Assembly: GCA_025594325.1 (NCBI GenBank)
Contig: JANHCV010000009.1
Location: forward strand, 1,488,001-1,552,000
From: Blastocladiella emersonii ATCC 22665
Taxonomy: Eukaryota; Fungi; Blastocladiomycota
Length of the DNA stretch: 64,000 nucleotides
Direction of reading: 5' to 3'
A program made the translations under genes and the position numbers. Shown here in pieces: positions 56,972 to 64,000 of the stretch; position 1 is the stretch's first letter; every line of letters begins with the position of its first letter. The notes below the pieces were generated by a model. The model made no database searches. It was not told where the DNA came from and saw only the letters and a list, made by a program, of their open reading frames with translations.

Positions 56972-57669
56972 ACGCCCGTACTCAACTGCAGTCACATTCT
57001 GAACCTGGAGTTCCACGGCAACGGCCGCGCCTACCCCAAGATCGCCCCAACCCCGCAGCCCCCGCCGCAACCCCGCGACCGCGCGCCTGCTCATGCAGAC
57101 CGCGGCCAAATGCACCGCGCGCCACAGCATGGGCCGCAGCGTCGTGCACCGGTCAGGGTAGGGTACCCCAAGCCGTTCACAACGTCCATCTTCGAGTACC
57201 TCCGCTCGGCCACCAAGTCGGCGCCGTGCTAGGACGTCCCGAACGAGCACGGGCTCAACGCTGCCTTCTTCAAGCAGCTCCAGCCCAAGCGCGCGCGATG
57301 CTCGATCGTCCAGCTGTACCCGACCCAGGACAAGGACGAGAGCTGGAAGTCCGCCATGGACACGCCCGCTGCCAAGCAGGTCGCGGTGGTGCCCCCGCGG
57401 ACTCAGGGCGCGGCGGCCGCAGCCGCGGCGCGCGCGGCGAGTGGCCTGGACGCGGACGTGGACTCGCGGATCGGGGAGCTCAAATAAGATGTCGAGTTCG
57501 TATTTTTGCGTACACGCGGCATTGCTGTATCTTCAGTTGGTGGGTCTACATTGTGCAGCTCGCTCGTAGCAAGGCGCGAGAAGCTCGTTGTGCAAAGTAT
57601 ACAGAAAACGTAGAGTGTGCATTTATTGTCGACGCAACTGTTACAACTGTCAGGCACGGAACCCATTGA

Positions 57670-59350
57670 CTAGATTTCGAGGTCTCCCATTGACGCCGGC
57701 GCTGCGGCGCGAATTGCGGCCTCGCCAACAGCGCCGATCGAATTGCCCTGCAGATTGAGGTAGGCGAGACGTGCGGGGAGATGCTTCGACAGAGTAATAG
57801 CATACTCATCCGTAATTTCATTCCAAGGGAGCTGAAGCTCGACCAGAGACGTGGGCAGGCACGGTACGAGGAGCGAGACGCCATCGTCATCCAACAGAAC
57901 GCTCTCAAGTCGCAGAGCCTGTAGGCTCGGCGGCATTCGTTCTGCGAGAAGCTGGGCGTCCTCCGGAAGTATAACTAGCTGAGCGTTTTCGTCGTCCACG
58001 TTTCGAAGATGCAAACCCCTCAGCGAGGGAGGAAGGTACCTCGTAAGCTGTTTGAGGCCGCCGGGTGGAATCTGTACGTTTCCAAGCCCGAGGTCCTCGA
58101 GGCCGGCGGACAGGGGAATGGAGAGTGCCTTGATGGATGCGAGCTCGAGATGGCAGCGGTGAAGGCCAAGAATTTTGAGCGATTCGGGAAGCGAGGCAAA
58201 GAGGAACGCAAAATTGGCCGTTGACAAACCTGCGTTGGTCAACCAAAGCATCGATTTGCGTGGATGGCAGAGCAGCAGCAGGTACGGCGGTACCAGAATC
58301 ACCAAGCGAAACGTGTTCAAGAAGCGACTTGATCGTTGTGGGCAAGGCGGGAGCAAGGAGCGCAAGGCCCGCCTCGTTGACTGTATCATTCTCAAGGGTG
58401 AGAGATTGGACCCGGCCGTGCAGCACTTGGGCAAGTGACTCAAGAGCTCGGTGATCGAGCTCCCTACGGGCAATTGTCAAGCTTTCCATATTAGGAGGAA
58501 GCCACGTGAAAAGAGTGTGAACTATCTTAGGATCAATGCTGAGTTTGTTGAGGCGAAGTCGCTGGAGCTGCGAGGGCCACACTACCGCACGCGACAAATC
58601 TACGTCTTTATGATCCGCGAGCCATAGCCTGGTCAAACGGATTGACGTAACTGTGACGGGAAGCTGAAGCTCGAGCAAGCGCGCGAGGTCCAAGGTGCAG
58701 TCAGAAATGGAGACCGACCGCGGCGCTTGCGAGGAGCTCGCCATGGCGACATTGAGTGCTTGGATTCCGGCAAGAGAGATGGGCTCGCAGAAGAGCGAGA
58801 GCTCGTTCTGCATTCCACGAGCGATGACCTTGTGGATGGCTGCGTCCACGCCCTTAACCGAAGCGAACGGAGGGTCAATGGAATTTTCACCGTCGAAATC
58901 ACCGTCAGAACCATCGCTGTAGTCGCGCAACGGGTGCACTCCAGTTAGGGCCACGCAGACTCCCGCCTGCTCGTCATCGTCGCCGTAGCCGTTGTGAGTG
59001 AGCCAGTTCAAAAGCGCGTCGCGGTCAAGGAGCCCGGAGTCGCGCCACCACTCCAAGCAAGCCAAGTGTCCTGCGTCAATCGTGTCCTGGAACGCGTCCA
59101 GATCAAGAGCCAGTGAGAGGCCCAGCGAACGCCGCTTCTTGAGGATCGACACGCTGCCGCAGCGAGTGGCTGCTTTGGGAGAAAGGCTCGAGGCGTGATG
59201 GAAGATGGTGCGCTGAACATGCGGAATCATGGGTTGAGGCAACACGCGCGAATACTAAAGCAAGCCGCTGAGGTCATCCGGGTCGTGGAACTTGACCGCG
59301 TAGCACAGAATACGCTTGAGGATCGCCGGGACATGAATAGCGCCGTTCAT
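57670..59350 (-). pseudogene. Second RNI-like LRR paralog with a premature TAG and a frameshift
   Basis: N-terminus aligns with the 50762 copy (ILxRILCYAV..HD.DDL.GL.[Q/*]YSRV); TAG at 59255-59257; frame switch at ~58245. Confidence 0.75.
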
Positions 59351-59680
59351 TGCATCAAATTTACGTTGCGTGGAGAGGCGTTTGGGCAGGGGAGGAGAGA
59401 GCGGGGATCAACTGGAGCGAACGCAACGGTGAACGCGAACGCGAACGGCGAACGAAGGAGGCCACGTCACGGTCACATGATTTTCAAACGCGTCTCACAA
59501 ACCGTGCGGATGCAGTCGCGGGGCCAACAAGTAAAATCAAGCCTCTTGTAGTACACTGCAATGACCTCAGTCACCTCCGAAGCGCAACAGGAGCACGCCG
59601 ACAGAGGCAGTTGAAAAGTTCAAACAAGAAAAGGTCGGGTTTCATTGTTACAATACTTCAAACTGCTTCCTGATCGCTTA

Positions 59681-62000
59681 TCACAAACGGGACGCGACCG
59701 GCGTCGCGAGCACCTTGGCCGAAACGGCCGCCTTGGCCGCCTTGCTCTCGCGCGAGGCACTCGCCACAACCGGAGCGGGCTTCTCGGCGACGACAGGCTT
59801 TTCGGCGACAACGACACGCTGCGCAGCCATCCTCTCGCACTCGGGGTCGTCCTTGACGAGGAAGTTGGCGATCGAGTACCCCATCGAGTAAGTCGTGACC
59901 ATGGGGTTGACGCCCGTCGAAGTCGGGAAGGTCGACGCGTCCGCGACGTACAGGCCCTTGACCTCCCACGTCTCGCCGCGCGGGTTGATGACGGACCGCT
60001 TGGGCGAGCTGCCCATGCGGCACGAGCCCATCTGGTGCGCCGAGAAGAGCGGCGCCTGAAGCGGGCGGCACCCGGCCTTGCGCACGGCCGCGACCTACGC
60101 GAGCCACTTCGGGCACGCGGGCGACCACGGGTACGCCGGGTCGACGTCGAACGGGTCGACGCCCTGGTGCGTCGTGAACACGCGGTTGGCGCCCGCCGCG
60201 AGCAGGACGGCGGCCGCGCGGATCAGGCCCTCGACAAGGTTGGCCTCGTCGAACGGCGACAGGTCAAACGAAACCTTCGGCTCGCCGTCCGCGTCAACGG
60301 CAACGCGCGCGCGGCGGTCGCGGTCGCGCGTGATGACCATGACTGGGGCGAGGTGGCGGTAGTCGGCGAGCAGCGACTTGTGGAACTCGGGGCCGTTGCG
60401 CCACGGCAGGATCATGGCCAGGAACATGGGCGAGAGCGACGTGCACTCCAGCTTGGTCCCGTAGTGACGGCCGACGTACTTGGCCTTCTTGGGATCGTTC
60501 AGCCCGCCACCGTTGTGCGACTCGACGGCGGTGCTGACGGCCGTCATCATGCTGCCGCGGTACATGTCGACGGGGTCCGGGAACCGGCCGAGCGTGAGCG
60601 CGACCGGGTGCAGGCCGAGGTGCTTGCCGAGGTGCCGGTTCTTGCCCGCTGCGGAGCAGCAGCGCGGGCGTGCGGATCGAGCCCGCGGCGGCCACGACGC
60701 GGCGCGCCTTGATGGTGAGCGGGCGGCGGTCGGGACCCACGAAACACTCGATCCCGCGCGCCTCGCCGTTCTCGATGATGACGCGGTCGACGCGGCAGTT
60801 GGGCAGGATCTGCGCGCCCGCGGCGCACGCGTCGACGAGCCAGGTCCGCGCGCGCTCGACTGCTTGACGCCCTGCGCGCACCCCATGCCGCACATGCCGC
60901 AGTCGTGCGCCTGGCCGCGCGTGTTCTGCGGGATATCGGCGACGGCCATGCCGAGCTTGCGGCACCCGTCGCAGAAGAGCTGGTTGACGCGGTTGTGCTG
61001 GATGCCCTCGGCCGTGGCGCCGATCCCGTCGCACACGGCGTCGAGCGCGCTCGAGTACTCGGGCGACACAAAGTACGGCAGCCCGTGCCGCTCGGCCCAC
61101 TCCTCGCGCACAAAGTGCTGCGGCTTGAGTGAGGCGCACCAGTTGATGGCCGTACCGCCGCCGACCGTCGACCCGGACATGATCGCGATAGCAGCGTCCT
61201 CGGACGACAGCATTCCGCCCATATCGTACATCTTGGACAGGCCCTCGAGCTGGTTCTGCGTCGAGCGCGGCTCCCACCCGCCCTTGTCGACGACAATGAC
61301 GCGGTACCCGGCGCGCGCCAGGACCGCGGCCGCGACACCACCACCGGCGCCGCTGCCCACGACGACGGCGTCGCACTCGAGCTCGGCGGAGACCGGCTGC
61401 TGCACGAACTTGAGGGCCGGATCGGGCACGACACCGGGTGCCGGGAGCGGCGGCGGGTGGAATCCGAGCTCGGCTGACGTCGGGTGGTCGAGTGCCAGCG
61501 AGCCGTATAGCGAGAGCAGCGTCATGCCCTTGAACATGGCGAACAGGCTGCGGTTGAGCGGGTTGGCCGAGTTCTGTTCGCGGGATCGAGCTTGCGTCAG
61601 TATTTGATCTAGGTGAGCGAGTCGAGGCTGAAGATGCACGCACAGCCCAGCCGGACAGGACGGCCTCGCGCTCGGCGGTCGAGAGTTCGCTGAACGACTT
61701 GGCGTGGCGGGCTCCCGAGAAAATCCAGGTGCCCGAGGGCCGCGAGAGCAGGTTGAGGACCATGATCAGCTTGCGCATGTTGGCGGGCGGGATCTTGCGG
61801 CCGAGGTCGGCGAGCACAGCGGCCGGGTCGAGGTGGCCCGAGGCACGCAGCGCCGCGAGGGCGGGCGGCAGACCGTGGTCGGTGCCCGCGACGGGCGAGA
61901 CGAACGTGTCGAAGATGGCAGAAAGCACGGAGAGCTCGGCCGGGGTCGGCGGGCGCAGAGGGCCGCGGCCGACGATGGCGTCAGTGATGATCTCGTCCAT
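59681..62000 (-). pseudogene. Long-chain fatty-alcohol oxidase (GMC oxidoreductase) with two compensating frameshifts and an in-frame TAG
   Basis: VVVGSGAGGGVAA, GSTVGGGTAINW, SAHQMGSCRMG, GLYVADASTFPTSTGVNPM; frame switches at ~60850 and ~60648; TAG at 60095-60097; one intron near 61575-61645. Confidence 0.85.
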
Positions 62001-63005
62001 GCTTGCTGAGTTGGGTAGCGGGAGAGCAAGCTGGCGACGGCCGTTTCGCATTTTATCACTGTTGCGCCCCGATCCGATTTTTAAGCACTCCCTGGCTGAC
62101 TCTCCTTCTGGAGGTCCAGGAGCAGACAAGGCATCGGTGCAAATTGGCAGCTAGCCCTGCACCGCGACGAAACACAATAGTTCGCGGACCCGTCCCCTGA
62201 TGGAGTGCGCGGAGGCGCGACGTGCCCCGCGCGCCGATCTCTCGGCCCACAAAACGATTCTCCTCGGAGTTCCTGACCCTCGATGGATTTACGCCCGTCC
62301 TTGGGTAAGCCATGCATGACTTGGTTCAACGACTGATTGACGGTTGGCGAAGGGCGCCAGATGTCAGGTGCCAGGAATACGTGGCGAACACGATCATGCA
62401 CTTGGTCAGGCCGCTGCGAAACTGCTCTGTGTTATTGCCAGGTACTGTGGCTGACTTGCTTCTGGAGCAGAAGCGGCAGATGGCGTCGCTCATGTCGACG
62501 TGACTGACCGCGAGGGTGGCGCTGGGAGTGCTCGGGTGGCGGCGCGTCGAGCCGCCTTGGGACACTGCCTCTCGGATACGAGCCTCACACGAGTCTAACC
62601 ATGTAACAACTTCATGCAACTGCTTCTCGAGTGAACGCTTCACACACGGCTCGCACTAGCGTCGCTGCGGTCCACAAGTCGACCGGCGCCTGCCGCTGCG
62701 TCGGCGATGACTTCGCGCGAAGACTGCTCTCGTTCGGTACGGCGTTTGTCCGCCGAAGCAGCTTTCTCGCTACATGCTTACCGTGACATTCAATCTCATA
62801 GCCGCGCCACTTCTGCCTGCTCGCGCGGCCGTGGACCCGCAGTCAAGATCGGCGGCCGAATCGCCGCTCATGGAGTTCTCGTCCGCTACTTTCACGCCCA
62901 GCCATCGCAGACGAGTCGCGTCTTTGCTTCGGTAAGCACGGGTTCAATTTCACGATCTGCTTTTCCTCGCACCGCTACGCCGACCTCAACGCTGGGATTC
63001 TGCTG

Positions 63006-63764
63006 GTGAGGACGGCCGTCGCGGCAAGGACGCGGCTGCTTTCGCCGCGGGTTCCGGTGGTCGCTTGCCGCCGCGGTAGAATGGTAGAATGGTCGACCAC
63101 TGCCGCGTCTTCGCTGTTGCAGTCTGCCTTCCCCGAGAACGAACGCGGCCGCGATTGCGGACTGTTCGTGGACATTGCCCGACCTCATTTCGCAGTCGCC
63201 GACACCTCTTTTCGCTCACTCGCGCGTCGCACGGTTGATCAGGTTCCAGAGTCGGGTATGCGCATTTTCGCACTTCCTTTCGCGACAAGTCCACATCTCG
63301 ACTTGCTGTCGCGCACTGCCAGGCTCATCGAGCACTGGCTGTGGCTTGGCAAGCTGGCCGACGGGTCTGTCTTCGAGGACCTCGCCGACATGACGTTCGC
63401 CGAGGTCGTCAACCGCATCCTCAAGACCACTTCCCTACCCGAGCTCGCGCGCTGGATCCCGGAGACCGCCAAGTTCTTCTTCTCGACGCCGGGCCCCACG
63501 CGCGTCTGCGAGCTCTCGCCCAATGCCACCAAGTTCCCCGCAACGTCGACGTGGCTCGCTGAGCTCGTCACTGGCACCAGCGACCCAGACTGGCTCCGCG
63601 CGCTTGCCCTCTCCCGGCACTTTGTTCAGGGCAAAATGCTCGACGGCAACTGTGTCCCGCGACTTCTCGCTCCGCGCGCCGGCATGCCCGTCACGATCAC
63701 GCTGACCGAGCTTGCCCTCACGCTGTACGACGCGCACACGCCCGGGGCTCATCATCCGCCGTGA
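63006..63764 (+). CDS. Hypothetical protein (3' half is coding-like)
   Basis: Host codon bias from ~63310 to the stop; no family recognised. Confidence 0.35.
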   Translation: MRTAVAARTRLLSPRVPVVACRRGRMVEWSTTAASSLLQSAFPENERGRDCGLFVDIARPHFAVADTSFRSLARRTVDQVPESGMRIFALPFATSPHLDLLSRTARLIEHWLWLGKLADGSVFEDLADMTFAEVVNRILKTTSLPELARWIPETAKFFFSTPGPTRVCELSPNATKFPATSTWLAELVTGTSDPDWLRALALSRHFVQGKMLDGNCVPRLLAPRAGMPVTITLTELALTLYDAHTPGAHHPP

Positions 63765-64000
63765 CGGTAACGGCGACGAGATCGCTGTGATGCTCATTTA
63801 ATCGCAGGACGGCCACGCCGCGAGCCTCGACTTCGGGTCCTAGCCCTCGCCCAAGTCGCCGCACGAGCTTGACGACCGTAACTTCCGCGTCAAGGCTTTT
63901 TACGCGGCACTGTGAGCCACCGAGGTGGTCGCCGGCAAGATGCACATGTCGATACGCTTCATTGAGCGCGGCCCTATCGCCCTATTCTGCAAGGTGGTCT

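Noticed and set aside
35947-60097. Reassigned TAG/TGA codons (alternative genetic code) to explain in-frame stops
   Set aside because: TAG and TGA terminate intact genes in this window (gag, pol, the Q-rich gene), and the same broken genes also carry frameshifts; pseudogenisation or error is simpler.
1-64000. tRNA or rRNA genes
   Set aside because: No cloverleaf or conserved rRNA segments recognised by eye; a covariance-model scan would be needed to exclude them.

Overview
GC-rich eukaryotic DNA with short (~60-70 nt) GT..AG introns. The gene content (RNI-like LRR pseudogenes, F-box-like gene, low-complexity proteins, GMC alcohol oxidase) suggests an early-diverging fungus such as Allomyces/Blastocladiomycota; this host call is inference. 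The main finding is a compositionally distinct insert at ~18620-32821 (~8.9 kb once a nested retrotransposon is removed). It encodes an AEP-primase/PriCT-2/UL9-like SF2 helicase fusion, a tyrosine recombinase, a Polinton/Mavirus-type rve integrase, a virion-fibre-like repeat protein and two small ORFs. It has no recognisable capsid, packaging ATPase, protease or pPolB, and no TIRs or TSD. It also carries a ~100-bp palindrome-containing repeat array between divergent promoters and a concentric palindrome with short iterated motifs. Its two ends can be joined to rebuild one small ORF, which suggests a circular episome integrated in permuted form. A young, intact Ty3/Gypsy chromovirus (identical 174-bp LTRs, CACGG TSD, self-priming PBS) interrupts the fibre gene. 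The rest of the window is host DNA with Gag-like relics, a hAT-type MITE and many genes carrying stops or frameshifts. All homology calls come from motifs recognised by eye; no database searches were run.
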